Positions 1 to 12,111 of a stretch of DNA of 64,000 nucleotides are shown piece after piece. Position 1 is the first letter of the stretch. Every line of letters begins with the position of its first letter. This DNA comes from Nibricoccus sp. (GTDB taxonomy: Bacteria; Verrucomicrobiota; Verrucomicrobiia; Opitutales; Opitutaceae). Below the pieces are notes generated by a model, which did not search any database, was not told the origin of the DNA, and saw only the letters and a list, made by a program, of their open reading frames with translations. The stretch spans positions 3,776,001 to 3,840,000 of the forward strand of contig JASGHG010000001.1 in assembly GCA_047602425.1 (NCBI GenBank), written 5' to 3'. The translations under genes and the position numbers were made by a program.

Positions 1-1125
1 ATTGCACATGGCAACGCGTGCATCAAAACCTGCGGCCATTGCGAGGGAAATAAACAGGAGATTGATATCGGCTTCACTTCCCTTGCCCGCGGTGAGGATT
101 TCGGCTGCGTTTTCATTTTTTTTAAGGACTTTGCGTTCCTCGGCGGTCAGGTGCGTTGTTCCGCGTGATAGGTTGGTTATGTGGATTCGGCACCATTCGT
201 GGATTGCTTTGAGCTTGGCGTCATCGGTCGCCGCTGCGCCGACAATCTCCCGAGCTTTTTCGACGAGAGTGGGCGTGGTTTTCAACATCGAGGCATGTTC
301 CTTGTAGAGCTCCTTGCTGTATTTTCGCCAAAAATCAGCCGGCAAATCGCGTTTGGAATCGCTATAGAACAAGTGCATCGATGGGCAACTTATCAGAACC
401 GGAGGCGAGAGCGGCTCGCTGATGAAGGCCGGAAGGTTTCTAAATTCGAAGGTGAAAAATCCATCCTTGGGGATGAGCTTTTGATTGGCACAGAGGTAGC
501 TGAGCGCCCGGATGTGATACGCCCCCACGTACTGAGGGGGAAGTTTTGGCAGGCCGACTTTGTAGCGTACGAGCCTGGTCGGCAGACTATTTTGAAACAC
601 GATTGCGGCGGCAAATTTTGGTTTGGTGGAATAAATGCGGTACTTGTATTCAATCACCGCTCCAACTTCGAGGGCGGGAAGCGCAAACGTCTTTGTGTGC
701 ACGCGGCCTTCACGATCACGGAATTCCTCGCGATTGTGGATGTCCTTCGATTTTACCTCAGTGACGTACCCGGCGGGTGTAATGGTTCGCGCGGCCAATT
801 CCGAGATGCTTTGATCGTTTTCGCAGGCGATTTTAACCAGCGAGAAATACTCAATGCCGCGCGTGGAAAAAATTTTCGCTCGGACATAGCGTGTCGCTTC
901 CGCGCTGTCCAAGGACTTGTAATTGAGCAGGACGTCCTCGACGAGAATTTCAGCTCCTGCTTCGGCATCGATCTTAGGCGTGGTTTCAGCGAGCTCTGCT
1001 TTGTCGATTTTTGGCCATTCTCGCCAGTCTCCCGCGTCTGCCTGCGAAGCGGCCAAAGCGAAAAGGCTGAGGCACCATAGCCTGATTAATAGTAATCGTT
1101 TCTTTCCGAGGATAGCCGAAAGCAT
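1..1125 (-). CDS. Secreted DUF3857/transglutaminase-like domain protein (3' end runs off the window)
   Basis: Not in the ORF track because there is no stop in the window. Manual translation of both ends from ATG 1125 gives MLSAILGKKRLLLIRLWCLSLFALAASQADAG (signal peptide)...YVRAKIFSTRG...ARTITPAG...EADINLLFISLAMAAGFDAR in one frame, a pattern typical of DUF3857 + transglutaminase proteins. Confidence 0.75.
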   Translation of the reverse strand, partial: MLSAILGKKRLLLIRLWCLSLFALAASQADAGDWREWPKIDKAELAETTPKIDAEAGAEILVEDVLLNYKSLDSAEATRYVRAKIFSTRGIEYFSLVKIACENDQSISELAARTITPAGYVTEVKSKDIHNREEFRDREGRVHTKTFALPALEVGAVIEYKYRIYSTKPKFAAAIVFQNSLPTRLVRYKVGLPKLPPQYVGAYHIRALSYLCANQKLIPKDGFFTFEFRNLPAFISEPLSPPVLISCPSMHLFYSDSKRDLPADFWRKYSKELYKEHASMLKTTPTLVEKAREIVGAAATDDAKLKAIHEWCRIHITNLSRGTTHLTAEERKVLKKNENAAEILTAGKGSEADINLLFISLAMAAGFDARVAMCN

Positions 1126-1247
1126 GGTGAATTGGTTTTAGTCATGCCAACGAGTTGGGCAACACGGAACGTTCAGGCTGATTGGTTGTCGCGGCTACCG
1201 TCCGCAGGGTCCATGCGCGATTTCGGCGAAGCGCTGCCCCGGTCAAT

Positions 1248-1283
1248 AAAAAAACCGGCGCACCCGAGGGAGCTGCCGGTTTC
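1248..1283 (-). terminator. Rho-independent terminator after the AsmA-like gene
   Basis: Minus strand AAACCGGCAGCTCCCTCGGGTGCGCCGGTTTTTTT: GC stem followed by a U-tract, about 20 bp past the stop at 1305. Confidence 0.7.
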
Positions 1284-1304
1284 GATAGACTATCGTGGCT
1301 GTCT

Positions 1305-2051
1305 TTACTTTTTCCCGCCGAGCAGGTCGCGGAGGCCTTCGCCGGCTTTGTCGAGGAGGCCGCGTTTGCCGGCTTCCACGGCGGCAGCCTTGGCTACGCG
1401 GATGGAGATTTCCTTGATAATTGCGATGGAGAGTTCCTGCGGGGTTAGGCCACCTTCCTTGGTGCCAATATCGGTCATCACGAACTCAGGCAGCGTCACG
1501 CTGTAGCTCTTGCCGGCAGCGATGCCTTTGACCGTGACGTTGGCGAGACGGAAACTCTTGATCTCGATTTTAGGCTCTTTGGCTGGTTCGGTTTTGGCGG
1601 GTTGCGGCGCCGTAGTCTCGGGCTTTGGCTCGGTCTGCGCTTGCTGGGTGCCACCGGCGGATTGCTGGATGTTCTTTATGAGATCCTGGAGGTTGCTGTT
1701 GGTAATGGTTGTTTCGTAAATGATCTCGGGGTTGTCGATCACGATGCTGTTGACGACAATGTGGTCGCTCGTGAGCGATTTGGGTTCGAGATGAATGGAA
1801 ATTTCCCGGAGGAAAAACGCATGCTCGGACGTCCAGCCTTTGGGATTGCCAATGGTGAGTTCCTTAAGCGCGCCTTTGCCTGAAAACGGCGAGATGTCGG
1901 CTTCCTTGAGGACGACGGTCGTTTGGGTGATTTTTGGACCGGCGGTATTGACCGCGGTTTTCACGATCGTGCCGAGCTTGGCAATAATGATGATGATGGC
2001 GACGACCGTTACGACAAAGAGGCCGGCCAGAATGATCAGGAGTTTTTTCAT
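1305..2051 (-). CDS. AsmA/DUF748-like membrane-anchored protein
   Basis: MKKLLIILAG N-terminal TM anchor and IGNPKGW / IVIDNPEIIYE motifs; start moved to ATG 2051. Confidence 0.65.
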   Translation of the reverse strand: MKKLLIILAGLFVVTVVAIIIIIAKLGTIVKTAVNTAGPKITQTTVVLKEADISPFSGKGALKELTIGNPKGWTSEHAFFLREISIHLEPKSLTSDHIVVNSIVIDNPEIIYETTITNSNLQDLIKNIQQSAGGTQQAQTEPKPETTAPQPAKTEPAKEPKIEIKSFRLANVTVKGIAAGKSYSVTLPEFVMTDIGTKEGGLTPQELSIAIIKEISIRVAKAAAVEAGKRGLLDKAGEGLRDLLGGKK

Positions 2052-2185
2052 GAGAGAAGGGAGATAGACGTGTAACCGAACACTGACAGCGCCCATGCGA
2101 AGATGTGCGACGTGAAATTTACACGACGATTTTCGCTTGTCACGCTCGCTTCGCGCCCGACGCTGGAGGTCGAAAATAAATTCTC

Positions 2186-4026
<1,841 letters not shown>

Positions 4027-4027
<1 letters not shown>

Positions 4028-5373
4028 TGCCGTTCGCGCAAGGGCGTTCGATGCTGCTTAAAATGAATGCCCGCCGCATGCCCGGAAGTCACGCCGGGCA
4101 TCTGGAGCATCCCCGCCAACGTCATTCGACCGCTGGTGACGGTAGACTCCATTCGCACGGATGGGTGATTGCCGGTTTGCTCTTGGTTTTGTTTTTTGGC
4201 GGTTGCGCAACGGCGCCGACCGTTTACCGCGAGCCGCCGAAGCTGGCGGTGGAGGATCGTGTCGAGGCCAATCTCAAGGTCTTCGACAAGGCGTGGTCCT
4301 TGGTGGATAGGAATTATTTCGACCCGAAATTTCGCGGCGTCGACTGGCGCGCTCAGCGCGAAAGGTATCGGCCGGAGGCTGCTGCCGCGGCGGATGACGA
4401 CGCTCTTTATCGGGTGATTAACAGAATGGCGGCCGAGTTAAAGGAATCGCATCTCGCTGCGTTGTCTCCGCGGAGAACGCACGAATTTTCGTCGGGCTTC
4501 CGCGTGGCGGCGGGCTTTACGTGGCAGGTGGTTGAAGGCCGGCTGGTGGTGACACGTGTGGTGCCGGGGAGTCCGGCTGAACTCGCGGGTATCAAGCCGG
4601 GTTGGGTGGTCGTGTCGCGGAATGGTATAGAATTTTCCGCGGAGCCTAGGCGCGACAGTTTTGTGGCGCGCATGGGCGAGGCGATTCGTTTTGTATTTCT
4701 CGACGAGCACGAACAACGGCGCGAACTTGAGCTTCAACCGCAGCCGTTGAAATTCGAGCAGCGCGTGGCCCGGGTGCTGCCGGACGGCACGCTGTATTTG
4801 CGCTTCGACGAATTCACGACGCTGGAATCGACATCCTGGCTCAGCGAGCAATTGAAAATGCATCGCGCGGCACCAGCCGCTGTGATCGATCTGCGGCAGA
4901 ATCCCGGTGGCAAAATGTTCGGCTTGCGCATGGCCGTGGCGGAATTTTTCGAGCACCGCGTCCTCATTGGCCACATGGTGAAACGCAGCGGGCGCGACGG
5001 TTTGCGGAGCAGCCTTTCTCTTCTCTCTGCCAAGTTTCCAGGCCGCGTGGTTCTTCTGGTTGGACCGAACACCGGCAGCGCGGCTGAAATATTTGCCCAC
5101 GTATTGCAGCATGAACACCGCGCCACCGTGGTCGGCCGGAAAACCGCGGGCGCGGTTGTCAGTTCGCTATTCTACTCGTTGCCGGGCGGTGGAAAAATGC
5201 AGGTGCCGTTTTGCGACTACGTTGGAGTCGACGGCCGGCGACTCGAAGGGCGCGGTGTCACGCCCGACGTGGAAGTGCGCGCGACGCTTGCGGACTTGCG
5301 CGCTGGTATCGATGCCGAGCTTGAGGCTGCGCTGGCGGAATCGAAGAAAATTGCAGTTGCCCGCGGACGATGA
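4027..5373 (+). CDS. S41-family peptidase with PDZ domain, probable lipoprotein
   Basis: LLLVLFFGGC lipobox-like segment, PGSPAELAGI (PDZ), IDLRQNPGG, GSAAEIF, LEGRGVTPD. TGATG overlap with the parE stop; the true start may be further downstream. Confidence 0.85.
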
Positions 5374-5438
5374 GGCTTAAATTTCGTGCTTGGCGGGGGC
5401 AAGCAGAGCGTCCGTAGTTAAGTTTTCAATTTTAGGAA

Positions 5439-7610
5439 ATGGCCAAGAAAAAATCGCCCAAGAAGAAACAAGACGACCAAGCAGAGCTGCCGCTTGAACA
5501 ATCGGCACAGGCTGAGAACAAGAAGGCGGAGGCCATCGAGTCGAAGTCGGAAGTCGGAGGTCGGAAGTCGGAAGACAACACGGCCGAGGCTGGAAGCCAG
5601 AAGCCGGAGGCCAGCGTTCATGCTGAAGCTGCCACCGTGGCCAAAGGCGGCAACGGCAAGGATGCCCCGCTGGCGAAACATTACCGCACGTGGTTTCTCG
5701 ATTACGCGAGCTACGTGATTCTCGATCGTGCGGTGCCGCACATGGACGACGGTTTGAAGCCCGTGCAGCGCCGCGTGCTCCACACCTTATGGGACATGGA
5801 CGACGGCCGCTTCCACAAGGTCGCCAACGTTGTAGGTGCGACGATGAAACTTCACCCGCACGGCGATGCGTCGATCGGCGCTGCTCTCGTGGCTATCGCG
5901 CAGCGTGGCTGGTTGATCGAACCACAAGGTAATTTCGGCAACATCTACACGGGTGATGAGGCGGCGGCACCGCGTTACATCGAAGCGCGCCTGACACCTT
6001 TTGCGCGCGAAGTTCTTTTCAATCCGAAAACCACAACCTGGCAACAGAGCTACGATGGACGCAATCGCGAGCCAGTCACGCTGCCCGCGAAATTCCCGAT
6101 CGTACTCCTCGAAGGCGCGGACGGTATTGCCGTCGGTCTTTCGACGAAAATCCTGCCGCACAATTTCAACGACCTCTGCCGGGCGGCGGTGAATCATCTC
6201 CAGGGAAAAACCTTCCGCATTTATCCTGATTTTCCGACGGGCGGCATCGCCGATTTTTCGGAATACAACGACGGCGAGCGCGGCGGCAAGGTGAAGATCC
6301 GCGCAAAGATCGAACAACGCAGCAAGTACCTGCTCGCGATCACCGAACTGCCCTACGGCCTCACGACTGAGGCACTGATCGAATCGATCCTGGCCGCCAA
6401 CGCTAAGGGGAAGATCAAGGTTCGGCACGTCGACGACAACACAGCCGACAAAGTTGAGATCCTTGTTCACCTGCCGCAGGGCGCCGATCCCGAACAAGTT
6501 ATTCAACAACTCTACGTTTTCACGAGTTGCCAGGTGAATCTCTCTCCGGCGGCGTGCGTGATCGAAAACGACGAAAAGACGGGCAACGACAGACCGATCT
6601 TCCTCGGCGTGCGCGAAATTCTCAAACGCTGCGTCGACAAGACAAAGGCGCTACTCAAGCAAGAGCTCGAAATTAAACTCGGTGAACTCGAACAACAGTG
6701 GCACTGGGATTCGCTCGAGCGCATTTTCATCGAGGAGCGCATCTACCGGCGTATCGAAAAATCCAAGACGTGGGAAAGCGTGCTTGAGGAAATCCGCGAA
6801 GGATTGAAACCCTTCATCAAAAATCTCCGCCGCGAAGTCACTGACGACGACATCACGCGCCTGACGGAAATCCGCATCAAGCGCATTTCGGCTTACAATC
6901 GTTTCCAAGCCGACGAGGCGATCAAGAAGATCGAGGAAGGCATGAAGGAAACGAAATCGAACCTCAAGAACCTCACGGCCTACGCCGTCGCTTGGTACGA
7001 GATGCTGGCCGAAAAATACGGCAAGGGCATCAAACGCCGTACGAGTTACGACGAGATCGAGCAGATCAGTGCGCACGAAGTCGTTTCCTCGAACCAACGT
7101 CTGTATGTAAATCGCGAGGAAGGCTTCATCGGCCTCAACTGGCGCCAGCACGAATTCGTGCTGGAATGCTCGATCCTCGACGACGTCATTTGCTTTATGG
7201 CGGACGGCACGATGAAAGTCGCACGTGTGGCCGACAAGGTCTTCATGGGCCGCGAAATCCTCCACGTGGCCGTGCTCCCGAAGGACGGCGACAAGGGTTT
7301 CTACACGATGATGTACCAGGACAAGGAAAGCGGGAAGGCCTTTGCCAAACGTTTCCAAGTCGGCGGCGTCACGCGCGAAAAACTCTACAATCTCACTCCG
7401 AGCGAAGGTTCGAGAGTGGTATTTTTCGATGTGGCCAAGGTCGAGGCGAGTATGACGAAAAAGGTCAACGTGACGCTGAGCGGCCGCTGCTCGGCGCGCA
7501 TCAAGGAATTCGAATTCGACCTATCGCCGCTCACCTTGGGCAGTCGCAACGCCAAGGGCCTCACCGTAACCAAATATCCGATACGCGTGGTCAAGCGCGC
7601 GGAAGGCTGA
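5439..7610 (+). CDS. parC: DNA topoisomerase IV subunit A (GyrA/ParC family)
   Basis: DGLKPVQRR, HPHGDAS, QGNFG, AAAPRYIEARL (catalytic Tyr), PDFPTGG. Confidence 0.93.
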   Translation: MAKKKSPKKKQDDQAELPLEQSAQAENKKAEAIESKSEVGGRKSEDNTAEAGSQKPEASVHAEAATVAKGGNGKDAPLAKHYRTWFLDYASYVILDRAVPHMDDGLKPVQRRVLHTLWDMDDGRFHKVANVVGATMKLHPHGDASIGAALVAIAQRGWLIEPQGNFGNIYTGDEAAAPRYIEARLTPFAREVLFNPKTTTWQQSYDGRNREPVTLPAKFPIVLLEGADGIAVGLSTKILPHNFNDLCRAAVNHLQGKTFRIYPDFPTGGIADFSEYNDGERGGKVKIRAKIEQRSKYLLAITELPYGLTTEALIESILAANAKGKIKVRHVDDNTADKVEILVHLPQGADPEQVIQQLYVFTSCQVNLSPAACVIENDEKTGNDRPIFLGVREILKRCVDKTKALLKQELEIKLGELEQQWHWDSLERIFIEERIYRRIEKSKTWESVLEEIREGLKPFIKNLRREVTDDDITRLTEIRIKRISAYNRFQADEAIKKIEEGMKETKSNLKNLTAYAVAWYEMLAEKYGKGIKRRTSYDEIEQISAHEVVSSNQRLYVNREEGFIGLNWRQHEFVLECSILDDVICFMADGTMKVARVADKVFMGREILHVAVLPKDGDKGFYTMMYQDKESGKAFAKRFQVGGVTREKLYNLTPSEGSRVVFFDVAKVEASMTKKVNVTLSGRCSARIKEFEFDLSPLTLGSRNAKGLTVTKYPIRVVKRAEG

Positions 7611-7657
7611 GCCCAATCACGGCGTTGGCGATGAACCTCGGAGAAGGCTTGAGTCAA

Positions 7658-7733
7658 GGTGGGGCGCGTTGACCTCAACGCGCTTTCCCAACGTCGCCCG
7701 AATACCAGCGCATTGAGGTCAATGCGCTCCACC
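7658..7733. repeat. Inverted REP doublet (REPIN-like) between convergent parC and batD
   Basis: GGTGGGGCGCGTTGACCTCAACGCGCT (7658-7684) and its inverted copy AGCGCATTGAGGTCAATGCGCTCCACC (7707-7733); each unit is a GTGG tetranucleotide plus hairpin, with compensatory stem changes. Confidence 0.85.
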
Positions 7734-7774
7734 CAATTGCAATGTTACGGCTAAGCGCGTCCTGCCCTGGTGCG

Positions 7775-10276
7775 TTATTTCCAAATCGCGACGAGGTCTT
7801 CGCTGCGGATCCAGCCGGTCTGGCCGTTGGGAAAGCTGAGGTGCGCCCAGGTTTTGCCGATAAAGTTGTTATCGACAACAGCCACGGTGCCGCCGGAGAG
7901 CGGGGTCGTTTTTTGCGAGGTTTCGACCTCCGTAGGGATCGACCGGAGGGTGGTGGTGCGCCAGACGACGACGGCGCGGGCGTCGTTGAGCGGTGAATAC
8001 ACACGCAGGCTGAAGCCAGCGGCACCGCCGAGGAAGCTGGAAAACACGAAGAGCGCGATTGCGGTAATTTTCAGCCAGCGGGCGGACTTGCCGTAGGCGC
8101 GCAACAAGAGCAAGGCAAAGGCGAGGGCGGCCAGGATTGAAGCGAGAATGGCGGCATATTGCCACTGCGTAGGCGAAAGCAGGCCGGCGATTTGATGCGG
8201 TGGATGTGCGGCGGAAAAACCCGAGAAAACCGACGGAGCGAAATTGGCGCGTTCGATGGCGAACGTGAGATTCCACCGGATCGCCGGATCGGTGGGATTT
8301 TGAGCGAAGGCGGCGGCGGCATGTGCGGCTGCTTCCGCCCAGCGATCCTGTTGGGCGATTGCGAGCGAGAGATTGTGATGCGCGGCGGGATTCGCCGGAG
8401 TTTTCACCAGCGCGGCGCGCCAGGATTGTTCGGCTGCAGCAAAATCGCCTTTATCGTATGCCGCTTTGGCATCGGCGGCGTGGAGAGAGGTGCCAGTCAG
8501 GGCGAAGCCGAGCGCGAGAAGGGCGGCGAAGGGAAGGAGATTTTTTAAGCGAAACAGTTGCCAGAAGGAAAAGCCGGGAACGTGGTGCGTCGCCAGGGCT
8601 TCACGCGCGCGGGTGCTCCAGTCCGCCGGGAGGGGAGTGGCATCGCGGTAGAGGGCGCGTTCGGTCTCGGCCCACAACGCTATCCACTTGGCTTCGCTTG
8701 TGGGAAAACTGTGGGCTGCGGGCACCGCGGCGGAGAATTGCCAGAGGAGAGCGATCTCTTTTTGCCAAGTGAGGATGAGTTTGGCGGTTTCTTCTGGGTT
8801 TTGAGAGGAACCCAATGCATCGATTGCGGCGAGCGCTCGCTGGCGGGCTTCGCGGCGTGTGCGCGCGGGATCGGTCACGCGCGCGCGGCGGAAGGCGAGC
8901 CAAAGCCATAAGGCGAGCAGCACGGCGACGGGCGCACAAAGGGCGGCGATGAAACGATTTTGCTCCAGTGGTTCTGCGGCTTCGCCAGCGTCGGGCAAGG
9001 GATCGCGCGGGATGCCCTTGGGCATGGCGGGTGGTTTTGGCTGGCTTTCCGTGGGGGCCGGCGACGCCGGAGTCGCAGCGCTGACGGTCGGCTGGGGAAC
9101 TTCCGCCGCGGGCGCGACGCTGACGGTGGTCGCGGGTGCGGTGACGGTTTGGTATTCGCCTTTTGCAGGATCGAAGTAGGACCAAGTCACAGGGCCGAGC
9201 GTGTAGCTGCCGGGCTTCGTTGGGATAAGAACCACGTCCTCAACCAGTGTGGCCTCGAAAAGGGCGCCTTCCTTGGGCGTGCGTTTGGCCTGCGGTTGCA
9301 CGGCGCGAAAATCTTTCGAAACACTCCGTGCGGGCAAGCCGGGGAAACTGGGCCAGTTGCCAGTGCCGGCGAGCGTGAGCGTCCAAGTGATCGGTTCGCC
9401 CACGCTGGTGGTGGCGGGCACAACGTTGGACTTGAGCGTGAACTGGCCAACGGCGCCATTGAACGAAACCGGTGCATTGGACGGCAACGGACGGACCGTG
9501 ACGACCGGCTTGTTACTGGTGATGGCGAATTGTTCGATATTGGGGCGGTTGAAGAAGCCGAGGCCCGCGGACCCTGTCGTAATATTGACGAGCTGGTTTC
9601 CCTCCGGCAGCGTCAACGGACCCGGTTTACCGATTGAAGCCCGGGTGTTTTGGTAGACGGTGATGAAGGGCTCGCCATTGATCTGGGATTCGCGGGCGGC
9701 GAGCTTGCTCCATTCCTCCGTGACAAGTGCGGATGGCTTCCAGTCGAGCAGGCTGCCGACCAATCCATCGAGGCTGTAGATGTTTCGCTTGCGGACATTG
9801 AGATTGTATTCGATGGGGAAAACCTCGCCGGCCCAGACGGTGGCCGGGATGTTGAAATTGGCGGTGGCGACTGATTCAAGCGAAACGCCACCGGCGGTCG
9901 CGGCACCAACGGAGTAATTTGCAGCGGGCACGTTGATGCGACCCTTGTCGGTATCGACTGAAAACTCCGGAATGACGATGTCGGCGCGTTTGGTGGGGCG
10001 TGCCGCGTAAGTGAGAGACTCGCTGCGGGAGACCGAACCATTGACAATCGATGTCTGGCTGGAATTTCCGGCAAATTGCAGGACGAGGCCATCGACGGAA
10101 GGCAGGGTGGGCTGCCCTTTGGGGGCGCAGCCTTCGAAAATAAGCAGGAGCTGGTTAGCCTGGCCGAAGGCGAGGGTGCCGCTTGACGGTTCCCACCGTC
10201 CGGATTGTGCATGAGCAAGGGTGGCCAGGCTGAAAGTGGCGAGAAGGGCGATGACGATTTTTTGGAGGCGGCGCAT
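7775..10276 (-). CDS. batD: BatD-family protein with C-terminal TPR and SH3-like (BatE-like) region
   Basis: Signal peptide, FNGAVGQFTL, GEPITWTLTLAGTGN, YFDPAKGEY, AYDKGDFAAA/HHNL TPR, NGQTGWI; last gene of the MoxR-vWA operon. Confidence 0.85.
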   Translation of the reverse strand: MRRLQKIVIALLATFSLATLAHAQSGRWEPSSGTLAFGQANQLLLIFEGCAPKGQPTLPSVDGLVLQFAGNSSQTSIVNGSVSRSESLTYAARPTKRADIVIPEFSVDTDKGRINVPAANYSVGAATAGGVSLESVATANFNIPATVWAGEVFPIEYNLNVRKRNIYSLDGLVGSLLDWKPSALVTEEWSKLAARESQINGEPFITVYQNTRASIGKPGPLTLPEGNQLVNITTGSAGLGFFNRPNIEQFAITSNKPVVTVRPLPSNAPVSFNGAVGQFTLKSNVVPATTSVGEPITWTLTLAGTGNWPSFPGLPARSVSKDFRAVQPQAKRTPKEGALFEATLVEDVVLIPTKPGSYTLGPVTWSYFDPAKGEYQTVTAPATTVSVAPAAEVPQPTVSAATPASPAPTESQPKPPAMPKGIPRDPLPDAGEAAEPLEQNRFIAALCAPVAVLLALWLWLAFRRARVTDPARTRREARQRALAAIDALGSSQNPEETAKLILTWQKEIALLWQFSAAVPAAHSFPTSEAKWIALWAETERALYRDATPLPADWSTRAREALATHHVPGFSFWQLFRLKNLLPFAALLALGFALTGTSLHAADAKAAYDKGDFAAAEQSWRAALVKTPANPAAHHNLSLAIAQQDRWAEAAAHAAAAFAQNPTDPAIRWNLTFAIERANFAPSVFSGFSAAHPPHQIAGLLSPTQWQYAAILASILAALAFALLLLRAYGKSARWLKITAIALFVFSSFLGGAAGFSLRVYSPLNDARAVVVWRTTTLRSIPTEVETSQKTTPLSGGTVAVVDNNFIGKTWAHLSFPNGQTGWIRSEDLVAIWK

Positions 10277-10278
10277 GG

Positions 10279-12111
10279 TTACCAATCTTTGGCTGGTTTT
10301 TTAGGCGCGGTGACGGGGCCTTGCATGAGTTGATAAAGCTGGGCGGGGGAATCTTGATCCTTGAGCTGTTCGAGCTTCTGAAGAGGCGCGGCGAGGGCGG
10401 TATCCTGGACGGCCTGGCCTTCTTTCTTCTCTTGGGCGCCGCCGACTTTTTGTTGTTCGGTGGGATCGGCTGGAGGCTGAGGCTGATTGGATTTCTCGGC
10501 GGACTTTTCCTTCATGTCGCCGAATGCGGACTGCTTGGGCGGCGGTGGCTGGCCCTGTTGGGATTGTTTCTGCTGTTGTTTTTGTTGCTGGGAGTTTTGC
10601 GGCTCCTGTTTTTTTTGCTGCTGCTGTTGTTGGTCTTTTTTGTCCTGCTTTTGCTCCTGTTGTTGAGATTGCTGCTTCTCGTCCTGCTTGGGTGGCTCTT
10701 TTTTCTTCAACAGAGCTTCGAGTTCACTGCGAAGTTTTGGCCAGTCGGCGGCTTTGGTGTCGAGCGCCTCGCCAAGACCAACGCCGGCAAGGGCATCGTT
10801 GACAGGGCCGGGCGAAATATGTTTTTGGCCGGTCTGAAGATCCTTTCCGTAGGCGATGGTACTATTGGCTAGTTCGGCATAGTCGCGGGCCGTGAGATCC
10901 TTGCGTTGCGAAAGGCTGGCCACGAGTTTTGTGAGCGTGTCGGCTGGAGGCGGGCCTTTGGGCGGTTCTTTGTCCGCTGCGTGGACGGGGGAAAGGCTGA
11001 AAGGCTGAAGGACAGAAAGGCTGAGGAGGAGAAGAATGATGGCTAGGTTTGAAATTTGCGGTTTGGCGTTTGGGATTTCGGGCCGCTGGGCAATCCGGAC
11101 ATCACGGAGACGCGGACGAACCGGGAATTCCCACCAAAAACTCCAAAGGAGCAGCCAGATCGCGGGGGCGAGCACCCATTGAAAACGCTCGACGAGGCGG
11201 GCGCGGTTGCGTTCCGCAAAAGTACCTTTTTTGCCAGTGTCGATTGTTGTTTGGATGAGTTGGGCGAGATCGACCCAGGAACTGGCATCGGCATAACGGC
11301 CGTTGGTTTCGGTTGCGAGCTGTTGAAGCGTTGCGTTTTCCAGTTTCGAAAGAACGACGGCGCCGCGTTCGTCTTTCACAAACCCGCCGGATCCATCGGG
11401 AATCATGGCGCCGGCCGCGGTGCCGACACCCAAGCCGATGACGCGAATACCCTTTTCCTTGAGTTCGGCGACGTGCGATTTCCAATCGTCGTCGGTCGCT
11501 TCGCCGTCGCTCAGAACGATGAGGAACCGATCGGCGCTGCCGGAGGAGCCGAAAGCGGTAAGAGAAGTTTGGAGGAGGGCGGTGTAGTTGGAACCCCCTT
11601 GCGGCAGGTAGGCCGGGTTGAGGCCGGGCAGAAAGTCGCGGAGGATCTCGTAGTCGGCGCTGAGGGGGCTTTGCAGAAAAGCCGTACCAGAAAATACCAC
11701 CAAACCGACGCGTTCGCCGCGGAGTTGTTCGAGCAGGCTGGTGATGAGAAGCTTGGAGCGGTCGAGGCGGGACGGGCGCACGTCGTCGGCGCGCATGCTA
11801 CGCGAAAGATCGAGGGCAATGATGATCTCGCGAGATTCCTCATAAACGGCCTCTTCAAGTTTGCCCCATTGCGGACGAGCAAGGGCGACGACGGCGAGGC
11901 TGAGTCCCAACCAGAGGCGCCAGCGGAGGCGGCCGGTGATTTTACCGGTGGTGTCCGGTTTGAGCGAGAGCTCGGACGGGCCTGCCTCGGCGCGAAGGAT
12001 TTTTGGATGCGTGGCGCTGGCGATGGCGCGACGACGGCGGAGCTCTCCCATCGCGAAGGCGAGCGGTAGGAGCAGGAGCCAGAAGGCATGGGGCCAGTGG
12101 AAGGTCATCAA
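10279..12111 (-). CDS. batB: vWA-domain protein BatB with Gln-rich BatC-like tail
   Basis: ALARPQWG, DLSRSM (MIDAS), RVGLVVFSG, SDGE, C-terminal poly-Q and KDW end. Confidence 0.85.
   Translation of the reverse strand: MMTFHWPHAFWLLLLPLAFAMGELRRRRAIASATHPKILRAEAGPSELSLKPDTTGKITGRLRWRLWLGLSLAVVALARPQWGKLEEAVYEESREIIIALDLSRSMRADDVRPSRLDRSKLLITSLLEQLRGERVGLVVFSGTAFLQSPLSADYEILRDFLPGLNPAYLPQGGSNYTALLQTSLTAFGSSGSADRFLIVLSDGEATDDDWKSHVAELKEKGIRVIGLGVGTAAGAMIPDGSGGFVKDERGAVVLSKLENATLQQLATETNGRYADASSWVDLAQLIQTTIDTGKKGTFAERNRARLVERFQWVLAPAIWLLLWSFWWEFPVRPRLRDVRIAQRPEIPNAKPQISNLAIILLLLSLSVLQPFSLSPVHAADKEPPKGPPPADTLTKLVASLSQRKDLTARDYAELANSTIAYGKDLQTGQKHISPGPVNDALAGVGLGEALDTKAADWPKLRSELEALLKKKEPPKQDEKQQSQQQEQKQDKKDQQQQQQKKQEPQNSQQQKQQQKQSQQGQPPPPKQSAFGDMKEKSAEKSNQPQPPADPTEQQKVGGAQEKKEGQAVQDTALAAPLQKLEQLKDQDSPAQLYQLMQGPVTAPKKPAKDW

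Noticed and set aside
181..1080. 299-aa plus-strand ORF
   Set aside because: Antisense shadow of the DUF3857/transglutaminase-like gene (1-1125, minus), which has a signal peptide and family motifs.
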